DNA from: Alphaproteobacteria bacterium
Lineage (GTDB): Bacteria; Pseudomonadota; Alphaproteobacteria; Bin95
Direction: 5' to 3'
Assembly (NCBI GenBank): GCA_964291285.2
Contig: OZ219785.1
Location: 608,001-672,000, forward strand
Length of the DNA: 64,000 bases
Part shown: positions 48,059 through 61,706 of the stretch, piece after piece
Numbering within the stretch: the first letter of the stretch is position 1
Layout of the letters: every line of letters starts with the position of its first letter
Made by a program: the position numbers and the translations under genes
Notes under the pieces: model-generated
Told to the model about the DNA's origin: nothing
The model's database searches: none
Seen by the model: the letters and a program-made list of their open reading frames with translations, nothing else

Positions 48059-49278
48059 TAGGGATCCTCCTGCGCCTCAGGACGAACCGGCCGGACAAGG
48101 TCGAAATCCTCTTCCTCACTGGCCTCGCGGGGATCGGCGCGGCCAAGGCGCGAAAGGACGAGAAGGAGCGGGAGGCGTTACTAAACGGAGCCATCGCGGC
48201 GCTGCGTGCCATCCTGATCGACCGTCCGGAGCTGATCCGGGTGCGCCTCGAACTCGCCCGCGCCTTCTTCCTGAAGGAGGAGGACACGCTGGCACGGCGG
48301 CATTTCGAGCAGGTGCTGGCCGGCAGGCCGCCGCCTCCGGTGGTCGCCAATATCGCCCGCTTCCTGCGCACCATGCGCACCCGGCGGCGCTGGGAGGCGC
48401 ATTTCGGCGCAGCCATAGCCCCGGACAGCAACCTCAACGCCGCGTCGGGCAGCCGCACGATCTTCCTCGACACCCCCTTCGGCCGCCTGCCCTTCACCCT
48501 CGACGACCCTTCGACGCCCAAGTCCGGCCTCGGCGTCTCCCTCTGGGGCGGCGGCGAATACCAGTATCCGCTGGCGCCGCGCTGGCGGCTCCGCTCCGGG
48601 GCGAACGCGAGCATCCGGGAATACAAGGGCGGGACCTTCGACCGCCATTTCCTCTCGGCGCATCTGGGGCCGCGCCGGCTGATCGACGCCCGCACCGAAG
48701 CGAGCCTGCTGGCGACGGTGGACCGGCAGTGGACCGCCGGCGCGCCGGAGACCGACCGCTTCGGCCTGCGGCTGGAGGGGGAGCACCGGCTGACGCCGCG
48801 CCTCGCCCTGTTCGGCCGTGCCAGTGCCGCGCGGCGCAACTGCCGCGACTGCGACTGGCTCGACGGCCCGGTCGGCGATGTCTCGCTGGGCGCAAGCTGG
48901 GCCGCGCTGCCGATTCTCCGCCTCGGCGGCAATGCCGGCTGGAACTGGAGCCGCGCCAACCTGGAGCACTGGCGCAGCGCCGGGCCCCGGGCCAGCCTGG
49001 GCGCGACGCTGGCGCTGCCGGCCGGCTTCACCGTCGGGCTGCGCGCCTCCCTGCAGCGCACGGAATACCAGGGCCGCGGCTTCGCCCACAACACCATCGA
49101 CCGCGAGCCGCGCGAGGACGAGATGCAGTCGCTCTCGCTCTCGGTCCACAACCGCGCCGTCACCCTGGCCGGCTTCAGCCCGCGCCTCTCGCTCATCCGC
49201 GAGGAGCGCGACACCAACGCCCAGGCCCTCGACTACAAACGAAACCGCGCCGAACTCTCCTTCGTGCGCCAGTTCTGA
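48059..49278 (+). pseudogene. Surface lipoprotein assembly modifier (Slam/DUF560), N-terminus lost at IS5
   Basis: RVRLELARAFF TPR, APDSNLN, beta-barrel ending FVRQF; no signal peptide. Confidence 0.8.
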
Positions 49279-49298
49279 AGCCCGTCACGCGGAGAGAA

Positions 49299-49333
49299 CC
49301 CCCACCCGGCCTCCCCCGCAAGCGGGGGAGGGG
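49299..49333. repeat. REP-like hairpin
   Basis: CCTCCCCCGC-AA-GCGGGGGAGG; same family as 20491-20514. Confidence 0.7.
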
Positions 49334-49370
49334 AAGACAGGAGCAGGCGGGAGACGCGGGTCCGGCGGCG

Positions 49371-51635
49371 TTATGCGTCCTGCCCGTAGGGGTTGGCGGG
49401 CGGCGCGGCGCCCTCCCCCTCCCCGTCTTCGCCGCCGGCGGGCGGAACCGGCGCGTAATGGGCCGGCGCGGGCCCGCCCGCGGCGAGGCGCCTGCGGGCC
49501 TCGGCCGGCGTTTCGACCAGCGCCGCGGCCGCGAGCGCCGCCTTGCGGTCCACCGGGTCGGGCGCCTGCCTGTCCGGCGGCGGCATGGCGTCGGCGTGGT
49601 AGTAGGCGATCTTCTGGCGCGCGGCGTCGACCCGCTTGCCGGGGTCGATCTCGCGTTCGTTGGCGCCCTTCGCGGCCACCGTGACGCCGTCCACGATCTC
49701 GTGGTCGAACCACCATTTCTTCACGGGGTTGCGCCGGCCGTTGCCGAGCCGGTCGTCGAGCCATGTCGCGACCGGCACCAGCGCCGGCTTCAGGAACATC
49801 GCGTTGACGCCGAGCCAGCTTGCCGCGCGCGGCAGGAGGCCGCCGTCCATGTCCACCACCTTGTTGAGCGGGCAGGTCTTCATGCAGCGCCCGCAGGCCG
49901 AGCCGCGCATGTTGGTGAGCCGGTAGCGGGTGCAGCGCTCCACGTCCGGCTTCCACATCTCGTAGCCGTTGAACATCACCTTGTCCCCGTGCGGAATGGC
50001 GTCGCAGGGGCACTCGCGGTCGCATTTGTGGCAATGGTCGCAGAAATACTGGAGGCCGAAATCTATCGGCCGGTCCACCTCCATCGGCATGTCGGTGGTG
50101 AGCACCACGGACTTGAAGCGCGGGCCGACGAAGGGGTTGAGCACAAGCTCGCCGATGCGGCTGAGTTCGCCGAGGCCCGCCCAGAGCAAGAGCGGGATGT
50201 GCAGCACGTCGCTGTCCGCATTGGTCTGCGCGCGCGACGGGAAGCCCAGGCCCCGCAGCGTCTCGCCCATGATGCCGGCGATCTCCGCGCCGCGCAGGTA
50301 GCCGCGCATGGACTGGGCCCCGGAAATCCAGTCGTCGCCGCTCGCCCCCTCCATCGTGTCGTAGCCCTGGTCGATCAGCATGACGACGGCGTAACGGTGG
50401 TACATCGGGATGGGGCTGCCGTCCTCCCGGTGCGAGAACCAGGCATAGCGCGGGATCTCGCAGATGCCCGTGAGGTCCGAGCCGAGGAAGTAGGAGAGCG
50501 CCTTGACCGCGCGGGCGTTCGCCGCCGGGTCGCCGTAGCGGTCCCCGTCGTTCTCCGGCGCGGCGGTCTCGCCGTCCTGGTGGGGCACCATGGCGCGGAT
50601 GAGCTGCAGCTGGGAGAAGGAGAGCGGGTGCTTGAAGGCGAAGCGGGCGCGCTCGCGCTGCGATTTCCCGCCGAGGTCGCCCTTGGCCGCGCGGGTGAAG
50701 AAGGCCGCCCGCTGCGGCACGCGCGGCACCTCCTCGTCGATGATGAGCGTGGTCGGCCGGTCCACCCGGCGGACCTGCTCCATCGGGTAGCGGCTCCAGT
50801 GGGATTTCCGCTTCGCCCGGCGGGCGCGCTCGCGGCCGGAGACCGCGCCGGCGATGCCCTTGCGGTACGCCCGGTTGCGCGCCCCGGCCGCGCCGGGGCC
50901 GAGCGGGGTGTCGCATTCCAGTTCGTAGTTGGTCGAGATCGCGGCGAGCGCGAAGCCGCCCTCGATATAGGGGTTGAGCAGCCCGCCGTCCTCCGCCGCG
51001 CCGAACGCGGCGAACGTTGCGAATGGCGGCGTTGGCGCCGCCGCGCGCAGGCAGAGCCCGGCCAGCACGGCGAGCCGGGCGCGGTCGAGGCCGTCATCGC
51101 CGGCATGGTGGATGCGGGCCTCGAAGCCCATCTGGCGGATATGGCCGGCGGTGCAGCCGGCGATCTCGAGCGCGCGCATCTCGGCCGTCGCGGCCACCGC
51201 CTCCTCCACCCAGGCGCGGGCGAGGTTGCCCCGGTCCGGCAGCGCGGGACAGGCGACCAGGATGACGACCGCATGGCTGTGGCCTTCCAGCGCCTCCGCG
51301 CCCTCCAGCCAGGCGTTCTCCGGTATCCGGCAGATGCCGACCTGGTCCGCGTCCATGAAATAGGAGCAGCCCTTGATGTCCTCCGCGCGCCGGTCGAGCC
51401 GGGCCGGCACGGGCGCCGTCTCCGCCGCCGGGCCGCCCTCCGCAAAGCTGGCGAACAGGTCGCGATAATGGAGCACGGCCGGCCCGAGCGCCCCGCCCGC
51501 CTCCGCGGCTTCCGAAGGCCCCGCCCGCGGGCGCGCCGCCTCCGCCGCGATGACGGCCCCGTCGCGCGGCAGCACCTCCATCGGATAGGTGCCGAGATGG
51601 AACGGCCGGTTCTTCGATGCGTGGTGGAACAGCAT
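49371..51635 (-). CDS. Catabolic-type reductive dehalogenase (cobalamin, 2x[4Fe-4S])
   Basis: AGLGELSRIGE..LNPFVGPRFKS..TTD, FCDHCHKCDRECP, CGRCMKTCP; duplicated N-terminal domain; no Tat signal. Confidence 0.92.
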   Translation of the reverse strand: MLFHHASKNRPFHLGTYPMEVLPRDGAVIAAEAARPRAGPSEAAEAGGALGPAVLHYRDLFASFAEGGPAAETAPVPARLDRRAEDIKGCSYFMDADQVGICRIPENAWLEGAEALEGHSHAVVILVACPALPDRGNLARAWVEEAVAATAEMRALEIAGCTAGHIRQMGFEARIHHAGDDGLDRARLAVLAGLCLRAAAPTPPFATFAAFGAAEDGGLLNPYIEGGFALAAISTNYELECDTPLGPGAAGARNRAYRKGIAGAVSGRERARRAKRKSHWSRYPMEQVRRVDRPTTLIIDEEVPRVPQRAAFFTRAAKGDLGGKSQRERARFAFKHPLSFSQLQLIRAMVPHQDGETAAPENDGDRYGDPAANARAVKALSYFLGSDLTGICEIPRYAWFSHREDGSPIPMYHRYAVVMLIDQGYDTMEGASGDDWISGAQSMRGYLRGAEIAGIMGETLRGLGFPSRAQTNADSDVLHIPLLLWAGLGELSRIGELVLNPFVGPRFKSVVLTTDMPMEVDRPIDFGLQYFCDHCHKCDRECPCDAIPHGDKVMFNGYEMWKPDVERCTRYRLTNMRGSACGRCMKTCPLNKVVDMDGGLLPRAASWLGVNAMFLKPALVPVATWLDDRLGNGRRNPVKKWWFDHEIVDGVTVAAKGANEREIDPGKRVDAARQKIAYYHADAMPPPDRQAPDPVDRKAALAAAALVETPAEARRRLAAGGPAPAHYAPVPPAGGEDGEGEGAAPPANPYGQDA

Positions 51636-51690
51636 GGCCCCGCCGCCTTGTCCGCGCTCGCCCGACTCCAGCCCGCCGCCCGCCCGGCTG

Positions 51691-52857
51691 TCAACCGGCC
51701 CCGTGCGTCTCCACGGCGTGGCGGCCGATTATGTTGCGCTGGATCTGGTTGGTGCCCTCGACGATCTGGAGCACCTTGGCGTCGCGGAAATAGCGCTCGA
51801 CGGGGTTGTCGGCCGAAATGCCGGCGGAGCCCCAGAGCTGCACCGCGTCGGTCGCGACCGACATGGCGGCGTCGGTGGCCAGGCATTTCGCCATCGCCGC
51901 CCAGGGCGCGAGCGCGCGGCCCGACACGCCCGCATCCGAGAGCGCGGCGGCCTTGCAGACCATCTGCCGGGCGGCCTCGGTGCGCATCGCCATGTCGGCC
52001 AGCATCCAGCGCACGCCCTGGAAGTCCGAGACCGGCTGCCCGAACGCCTCCCGCCCGCGCACATAGTCCGCCGCCAGGTCGAGCGCGCCCTGGGCGAGGC
52101 CGACGCCGCGCGCGCCGATCATCGGGCGCGAGCGGTTGAACGCCTCCATCACCGTCAGCCAGCCCTCGCCCTCGGGCCCGATGCGGTTCTCCTCCGGCAC
52201 GAAGGCGCCGTCGAAGAAGAGCGGGCAGGAGGGGATGCCGCGCGAGCCGAGCTTGCGTTCCGGCTGGCCTATGGTGAGGCCGGGCGTCCCCGTCTCGACC
52301 GCGAACACGGAAATGCCGCGATGGCGCGCACCCGGATCGGTCTTGGCGGCGACGACGATGAAATCGGCTTCCGGGCTGTTGGTGCACCAGGCCTTGGCCC
52401 CGTCGAGGCGGTAGCCGCCCGGCTCGCGGACCGCGCGCGTGCGGATGCCGGCGGCGTCGGAGCCGGACTGCGGCTCGGTGACGGAGATCGCGGCCTTCAG
52501 TTCGCCGCCGGCGAGGCCCGGCAGCCAGCGCTCATGCTGCTCCGGCGAGCCGCCCGCCAGCACGGCCGCGAACGGCGTCCACTGCACCAGCAGCAGGTAG
52601 GCGGTGTTGTAGCACACGCGCCCCAGCTCCTCGATGGCGAGGCAGCCGGAGAGCACGCTGTCCGCGCCGCCGTAACGCTCCGGGAAGGGCAGGGCGAAGA
52701 GGCCGAGGTCGCGCAGCGCCGCGAACATGTCATGCGGATAGGCGGCCTCGCGGTCGATCTCCGCTGCGCGCGGCGCCACCTTCTCGCGGGCGAACGCGCG
52801 CACCGTGTCGCGCAGCAGCCGCTGTTCCTCGCCGAGCCCGAAATCCTCCGCGAGCAC
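51691..52857 (-). CDS. Acyl-CoA dehydrogenase family protein
   Basis: TEPQSGSD, KLG.RG, R.AFG, YFRDAKVLQIVEGTNQIQR. Confidence 0.93.
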   Translation of the reverse strand: MLAEDFGLGEEQRLLRDTVRAFAREKVAPRAAEIDREAAYPHDMFAALRDLGLFALPFPERYGGADSVLSGCLAIEELGRVCYNTAYLLLVQWTPFAAVLAGGSPEQHERWLPGLAGGELKAAISVTEPQSGSDAAGIRTRAVREPGGYRLDGAKAWCTNSPEADFIVVAAKTDPGARHRGISVFAVETGTPGLTIGQPERKLGSRGIPSCPLFFDGAFVPEENRIGPEGEGWLTVMEAFNRSRPMIGARGVGLAQGALDLAADYVRGREAFGQPVSDFQGVRWMLADMAMRTEAARQMVCKAAALSDAGVSGRALAPWAAMAKCLATDAAMSVATDAVQLWGSAGISADNPVERYFRDAKVLQIVEGTNQIQRNIIGRHAVETHGAG

Positions 52858-52869
52858 TAACCCGCCGCC

Positions 52870-53985
52870 CTATTCCGCGGCAACGTCAAGCGGCGGGGCG
52901 GCGCCGATCTCGACGCCGGTGTCGTGGGCCTTGAGGCGGGGCAGCACCTTTTCGGCGAACAGGCGCTGGTTCTCGCGCGCGATGTCGTAGGGCATGCCGC
53001 CGTAGGAGAGTGCGGCCAGGAAGCCGCCGCAGCCCGCGCGCTCGACATTGGCGATCACGCCGTCGACCACCTCGTCCGGCGTGCCCCAGACCTGGAGGTC
53101 GGCGAGGAAGCGCACGAAGGTGTCGATGCCGTGCTTGTGGATGTTGCGGGCGAGCGCGCCGTAATACTCGTAGCCCGGAATGTCGGCGAGGCCCTCATTG
53201 TGGAACTCGTAGTGCTTGAGGGCCGAGCGGCAGTAGCCGACGATGTAGTTCTCATACATCTCGCGCGCCTTCTCGCGGTCCTCATGCACGGCGACGAAGC
53301 TCGCGATGATCGGCTTCGGCGCTTCCTCGCCGTCATTGTATTGCCGGTAGAGCTCGCGGTAGTTCTCCAGCTCCTCCAGCGTCTTCTCCCAGGGTTTCTG
53401 GGCGATGATGAGGATGCCGATGCCGAGCCGGGCCATGATCTCCGCCGACTGCGGCGAGACGGAGGCCGCATAGGTGCGCCCGCGGAAGGACTTGAAGGGC
53501 CTGGGGCGGATGTCCGTCGGCGGCTGGCGGAGATGCTTGCCGTCGCTCTCCATGGTGCCGGTCTCCAGCGCACCCATCACCGCCTCGGCATATTCGACGA
53601 AGCGCTCGCGGCTCTCGCCCATTTCGAGGCGGAAGCCGTTGAACTCGACCCGCCCGAGGCCGCGTCCCATGCCGAAGATCACCCGCCCGTTCGACAGGTG
53701 GTCGAGCAGCGCGATCTCCTCCGCGACCCTGACCGGCTCGTGCCAGGGCAGCACGACCACCATGGAGCCGAGGCCGGCGCGCGTGGTGCGCCCGGCCATG
53801 TAGGTCAGGAACTGGGTCACGCTCGGGCACATGGTGTAGTCGGTGAAATGGTGCTCCGCCGACCAGATGCTGTCGAAGCCCATCGGCTCCGCCGCCTCGG
53901 CGAGCGCGACCTCCTGGCGCCAGACCTCGCGATCGGTGAGTTTCTTGTCCGGATTCTGGAAAAAGCAGCTCAGGCCGACATGCAT
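52870..53985 (-). CDS. LLM-class flavin-dependent oxidoreductase
   Basis: GFDSIWSAEHHF, PVRVAEE..LLDHLSNGR..GMGRG. Confidence 0.9.
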   Translation of the reverse strand: MHVGLSCFFQNPDKKLTDREVWRQEVALAEAAEPMGFDSIWSAEHHFTDYTMCPSVTQFLTYMAGRTTRAGLGSMVVVLPWHEPVRVAEEIALLDHLSNGRVIFGMGRGLGRVEFNGFRLEMGESRERFVEYAEAVMGALETGTMESDGKHLRQPPTDIRPRPFKSFRGRTYAASVSPQSAEIMARLGIGILIIAQKPWEKTLEELENYRELYRQYNDGEEAPKPIIASFVAVHEDREKAREMYENYIVGYCRSALKHYEFHNEGLADIPGYEYYGALARNIHKHGIDTFVRFLADLQVWGTPDEVVDGVIANVERAGCGGFLAALSYGGMPYDIARENQRLFAEKVLPRLKAHDTGVEIGAAPPLDVAAE

Positions 53986-54100
53986 GGGACGGGCGCGCTC
54001 CTCGGGTCGCATTGGACGGTGTTCGCAGCCCGCCGAACCTGCCCCGTTCCGCGCCTGCGGGTCAAGGGACCGGGTATCGCGGGGCGGACTGGCGAGACAA

Positions 54101-57684
<3,584 letters not shown>

Positions 57685-57687
57685 GGA

Positions 57688-58809
57688 TCACACGCGCATC
57701 GGCATCAGCACATAGAGCGCGCTCGAATCCACCATGTCGCGCACCACTGTGGGCGCTGCCGGGTCGGCGAGCTCGAGCGCCGCCGTGCCGCCTTCGATAC
57801 GGCGCAGGATTTCAAGCAGGTAACGGGCGTTGAAGCCGATCTCCATCGGCGCCCCGTCGAACCGCACGTCGATTTCCTCCGTCGCCGTGCCGTAGGTCGG
57901 ATCGGCGGCGGACAGTTGGACGCTGTCGCCGTCGATGGCGAGCTTGACCGCCCGGGTGCGCTCGGACGAGATCGCCGACACGCGGTCCACCGCCTCGGCC
58001 AGCGCGCCGCTTTCGACTTCGAGCCGCTTGTCGTTGCCGGCCGGGATCACGCGCTCATAGTCGGGGTAGGTGCCGTCGATGAGCTTGGAGGTGAGCTCGA
58101 CGCTGCCGATGACGAAGCGGATTCCGGTTTCGGACAGCGCGATCGAGACATCGCCGTCCTCGCCGTCCAGCAGCTTGCGGAGCTCCTGCACCGCCTTGCG
58201 CGGCACGATCACGCCGCCCGGCATGTCCTCCGCGCCCGCCGGCCTCGGCACCTCGACCCGCGCCAGCCGGTGGCCGTCGGTCGCGACCGCGCGCAGCACC
58301 GGCACGCCCTCATGCTCGGTGGTATGCAGGTAGATGCCGTTCAGATAGTAGCGCGTCTCCTCGGTCGAGGCGGCGAAGCCGGTCCGGTCGATCAGGCCGC
58401 GCAGGTCCTCGGCGGCAAGCTGGAAGCGGCAGGCGAACTCGGTCTTGGAGAGCTCCGGGAACTCTTCCGGCGGCAGGGCGGAGAGCGTGAAGGTGGACCG
58501 CCCGCAGCGCAGCCGGATGCGGTCCGAGCCGTCCTCGGTCTCCAGCTCCACCTGCGCGCCGTCGGGCAGCTTGCGGGCGATGTCGTAGAGCACCTGCGCC
58601 GGCAGCGTGGTGCCGCCGCCCGAGACCGCGTCGGCGTCCACTGTCTCAACGGCGCCCAGCTCCAGGTCGGTCGCCGAGAGGCGCAGCCGCCCGTCTGCCG
58701 CTTCGAGCATGACATTGCCCAGAATCGGGATCGTGTTGGCCCGTTCGACCACGCTCTGCGCATGGCTGAGCGATTTCAGGAACTGGCTGCGTTCGATGGT
58801 GAGCTTCAT
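57688..58809 (-). CDS. dnaN: DNA polymerase III beta clamp
   Basis: ATDLE, EETRYYLNG, ATDGHRL, LIDGTYPDY, GFNARYL, LMPMRV. Confidence 0.98.
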   Translation of the reverse strand: MKLTIERSQFLKSLSHAQSVVERANTIPILGNVMLEAADGRLRLSATDLELGAVETVDADAVSGGGTTLPAQVLYDIARKLPDGAQVELETEDGSDRIRLRCGRSTFTLSALPPEEFPELSKTEFACRFQLAAEDLRGLIDRTGFAASTEETRYYLNGIYLHTTEHEGVPVLRAVATDGHRLARVEVPRPAGAEDMPGGVIVPRKAVQELRKLLDGEDGDVSIALSETGIRFVIGSVELTSKLIDGTYPDYERVIPAGNDKRLEVESGALAEAVDRVSAISSERTRAVKLAIDGDSVQLSAADPTYGTATEEIDVRFDGAPMEIGFNARYLLEILRRIEGGTAALELADPAAPTVVRDMVDSSALYVLMPMRV

Positions 58810-58894
58810 CGTCGCTCCCGGAGCGGCTATGGTATCGACCGGCTGTCTTTCGGTAGCCAGACAGTATAGCAGCCCCGATTCGGGAGGGGAATCA

Positions 58895-59656
58895 ATGTTG
58901 AACGCCGCCGAACTGGAAAAATACAACGCGGACGGCTACGTGACGCCCGATTTCCGGCTCCCGGAACGGGATCTGGAGGACATCCGCGCGCATCACGACC
59001 GGCTGGTCGCGCGCCACCCCGGATACCGCGATTACTGCCCCAACCTGCTGGCCCACGACCTGGCCTTCCTGAACTGGGCGCGGGTGCCGGAAATCCTGGA
59101 CATGGTGGAGCAGGTGCTGGGCCCGGACATCGCGCTCTGGAACTCCAGCTTCTTCGCCAAGCCGGCGCTGAACGGGCGCAAGACGCCTTGGCACCAGGAC
59201 GGCGAATACTGGCCGGTGCGCCCGCTCGCCACCTGCACGGTGTGGATCGCGGTCGACGCCTCGACGCAGGAGAACGGCTGCCTGAACGTGCTGCGCGGCT
59301 CGCACAAGGACAGGCGGCTCCGCGCCCACGACACCAATGACGACCCGGCCTACACGCTGAACCAGGAGCTGCGCGAGGAGGAGTTCGACGAGGACCTCGC
59401 CGTCCCCATCGAGCTGGAAGCGGGCCAGGTCTCGCTGCACGACGTCTATCTGGTCCACGGCTCGGAGGCCAACAACTCCCCGAAGCCGCGCCGCGGCATG
59501 ACCCTGCGCTACATGCCGACCACCTCGGTGTTCGACCGGGAGATCGCCGCCGGCCTCGCCCGCGACAAGGGCCTGGTGAACCACGCGGACCGCACGCTCT
59601 TCCTCATGCGCGGCGAGGACCGCTCCGGCCGCAACGACTTCCGCATCCGCCTCTGA
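58895..59656 (+). CDS. PhyH-family Fe(II)/2-oxoglutarate dioxygenase
   Basis: PWHQDG, TVWIAVD..ENGCL, HGSEAN.S..RR. Confidence 0.9.
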   Translation: MLNAAELEKYNADGYVTPDFRLPERDLEDIRAHHDRLVARHPGYRDYCPNLLAHDLAFLNWARVPEILDMVEQVLGPDIALWNSSFFAKPALNGRKTPWHQDGEYWPVRPLATCTVWIAVDASTQENGCLNVLRGSHKDRRLRAHDTNDDPAYTLNQELREEEFDEDLAVPIELEAGQVSLHDVYLVHGSEANNSPKPRRGMTLRYMPTTSVFDREIAAGLARDKGLVNHADRTLFLMRGEDRSGRNDFRIRL

Positions 59657-59688
59657 GGGCGGTCGGGCGGTCGGAGGAACAGGCGGCG

Positions 59689-60888
59689 ATGGCGAACGGC
59701 GGACCGGACCTTGACGGGCTGCGCTTCTTCAGCGAGCCGTTGGACAGGGGCGTCGCCTCCTTCTTCGTTGGCCGCTCTACACTGATCGAGGACATCGAGC
59801 GCGCCACCGCGTCGGCGCTGCGCAATGCTTCGGCAGGTTGGCGGTATGCCAGCCCCACCCGACTCATTCAGGGAGCGCCCGGAGCCGGCAAGTCGGCCCT
59901 GCTCGCCCATCTGGAGCAGAAATGGTCGTTGGCGGGCAAAGCGGCGCCACATGTCCTTCCCGTCCATTTGGAGGAGTTGGCGGACCCGAACCGCATTGCA
60001 CAGGCGATTGCAGCCCGGCTGGACCCGCGCCGGGCGGAACGCTTCCGACGCACGGAGACCCGCAGCGGCAGCATCGGCATTAGCGGCGTCGGCGGCACAT
60101 GGGCTGCCAAAACCGCGCCGCCGGCCGGGTTCGGTGCATTGCGCGACATGTTTCCGCCGGACCGCTGGGAGCGTCCGGTCTGCCTGCTGGTCGATGAGGT
60201 GCAGAACCTGGAGCCCGGCCAGGCGGGCATCGTCCGGCGCCTTCACGAGGCGGTGGACGGCCTGCCCATTGTGCCGGTGTTGGCGGGGCTCGCCAATTCG
60301 CCGCATGTGCTGGCGAAGCGCGGCATTTCCCGGCTGTCTGTCGGGACCGTTCACATGCTGGGACGCTTGGAGCCAGGCCAGCCGGCGGAGTCCGTGAAGA
60401 TGATGCTCGAACGCTTCCGGGTCGAAGCGGCCGAGGTCGAGGCAGCGCGCTGGGCAACCTTGCTGGAAGAACTATCGGACCGCTGGCCGCAGCATCTGCG
60501 TAACGGGATGCGCGCGCTGGCAAACGGTCTGCTTGCATCGGGCGGCGTTCTGGCTTCCGTTGACGAAAAGGCGGTTCTGGCCGGGGCGGAGGAACGCCGT
60601 CTGGACTCTTACCGGGCACGGCGCAGCCCCGAAATGCTCGGCTCCGGCCTGCTGCTGGCCGCCGCGATGGAAGCGGTTCCCGAGGACGGCCTCGGCTATG
60701 TCGAGACGCTTTGCATCATCGAGGAAAGCGCCGGCGCGGCAAGCGGCTGGCGCTTGCCGGCGGGCATGGGGCCGGAAGAATATCTGGACCATCTGGTCCA
60801 CCGGGGCGCGCTCCAGGACGACGGAACCGGACGGCTCGCCTGCCCGATTCCGAGTTTCCGTCAATTCCTGATCGAGGCCGTGAGGTGA
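59689..60888 (+). CDS. AAA+/STAND-like ATP-binding protein
   Basis: FVGR, GAPGAGKS, LLVDEVQ, C-terminal winged-helix-like CPIPSF. Confidence 0.8.
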   Translation: MANGGPDLDGLRFFSEPLDRGVASFFVGRSTLIEDIERATASALRNASAGWRYASPTRLIQGAPGAGKSALLAHLEQKWSLAGKAAPHVLPVHLEELADPNRIAQAIAARLDPRRAERFRRTETRSGSIGISGVGGTWAAKTAPPAGFGALRDMFPPDRWERPVCLLVDEVQNLEPGQAGIVRRLHEAVDGLPIVPVLAGLANSPHVLAKRGISRLSVGTVHMLGRLEPGQPAESVKMMLERFRVEAAEVEAARWATLLEELSDRWPQHLRNGMRALANGLLASGGVLASVDEKAVLAGAEERRLDSYRARRSPEMLGSGLLLAAAMEAVPEDGLGYVETLCIIEESAGAASGWRLPAGMGPEEYLDHLVHRGALQDDGTGRLACPIPSFRQFLIEAVR

Positions 60889-60903
60889 GCCGGCGGGTCC
60901 CGT

Positions 60904-61356
60904 TCAGACTGCGCGGCTGAGCGGTTCTCCGGTCGGGCAGCAGGCGGCCTGCCTCTCGTCTTCCGCCCTCGGGCCGAGCGCGTTGAAGAGCGCGTCCGTG
61001 TCGTCGGTGATCCGGTACCACTCCCAGCGCAGGCCCTGCGGCTCCGTCGCCCAGACCTTGTTCTGCGTGGCGTGGCAGCAGCGCGTCTCTTCCTCGATCA
61101 GATGGTCGATGCCGGCGGCCTCGAGGCGCTCCGTCGCGGCGGTGACATCCTCCTCGCGGAAGACCTCGACGCCCAGATGGTTGATGCGCTCGCCCGCGCC
61201 GGGGCGCTCGAACAGCACCAGCTTGAGCGGCGGGTTGTCGATGGCGAAATTGGCGTAGCCCGGCTTGCGCTTGTGGACCGGCGCGTCGAACATCTTCGAG
61301 TAGAAGTCGATGGCCTCTTCGAGATCGTCCACATTGAGGGCGAGTTGCAGGCGCAT
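60904..61356 (-). CDS. ArsI/CadI family VOC metalloenzyme
   Basis: QLALNVDDL, PGYANF, NHLGVEV, TRCCHATQNKVW..P.G..WE. Confidence 0.9.
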   Translation of the reverse strand: MRLQLALNVDDLEEAIDFYSKMFDAPVHKRKPGYANFAIDNPPLKLVLFERPGAGERINHLGVEVFREEDVTAATERLEAAGIDHLIEEETRCCHATQNKVWATEPQGLRWEWYRITDDTDALFNALGPRAEDERQAACCPTGEPLSRAV

Positions 61357-61367
61357 GGCAGCCTCCT

Positions 61368-61676
61368 TCAGGGCCGGGCCGGAGGCTGGCAGACCCCCCG
61401 GCAGCAATCTTCGGTAAGGAACCGCAGCAGCGCTTCCATGTGCGGGAAGTCGGCGGCATAGACGAGCTCGCGGCCCTTGCGCGCGCGCCGCAGCATGCCG
61501 GCCTCCTTCAGGGCCTTCAGATGGAAGGAAAGCGTCGCCGCCGGAATGTCGAGCGCCCCGGCGATGGCCCCGGCCGGCAGGCCCTGCGGCCCGCGCTCGA
61601 CCAGCAGGCGGAACACGTCGAGGCGCGTCTCCTGCGCCAGCGCGCCCAGGGCGGCGATGGCGGCATCCTTTTCCAT
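61368..61676 (-). CDS. arsR: ArsR/SmtB family regulator
   Basis: ALAQETRLDVFRLLV, TLSFHLK, C-terminal EDCC.G.C. Confidence 0.88.
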   Translation of the reverse strand: MEKDAAIAALGALAQETRLDVFRLLVERGPQGLPAGAIAGALDIPAATLSFHLKALKEAGMLRRARKGRELVYAADFPHMEALLRFLTEDCCRGVCQPPARP

Positions 61677-61706
61677 ATTTCCAATATAGTCGAATTGATG
61701 AGCCTG

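Noticed and set aside
48729-52139. 1136-aa plus-strand ORF and similar long ORFs (12134-14740, 13220-15883, 19318-21825, 23865-25850)
   Set aside because: Shadow frames of well-supported genes in very high-GC DNA; Arg/Pro/Ala-rich with no motifs
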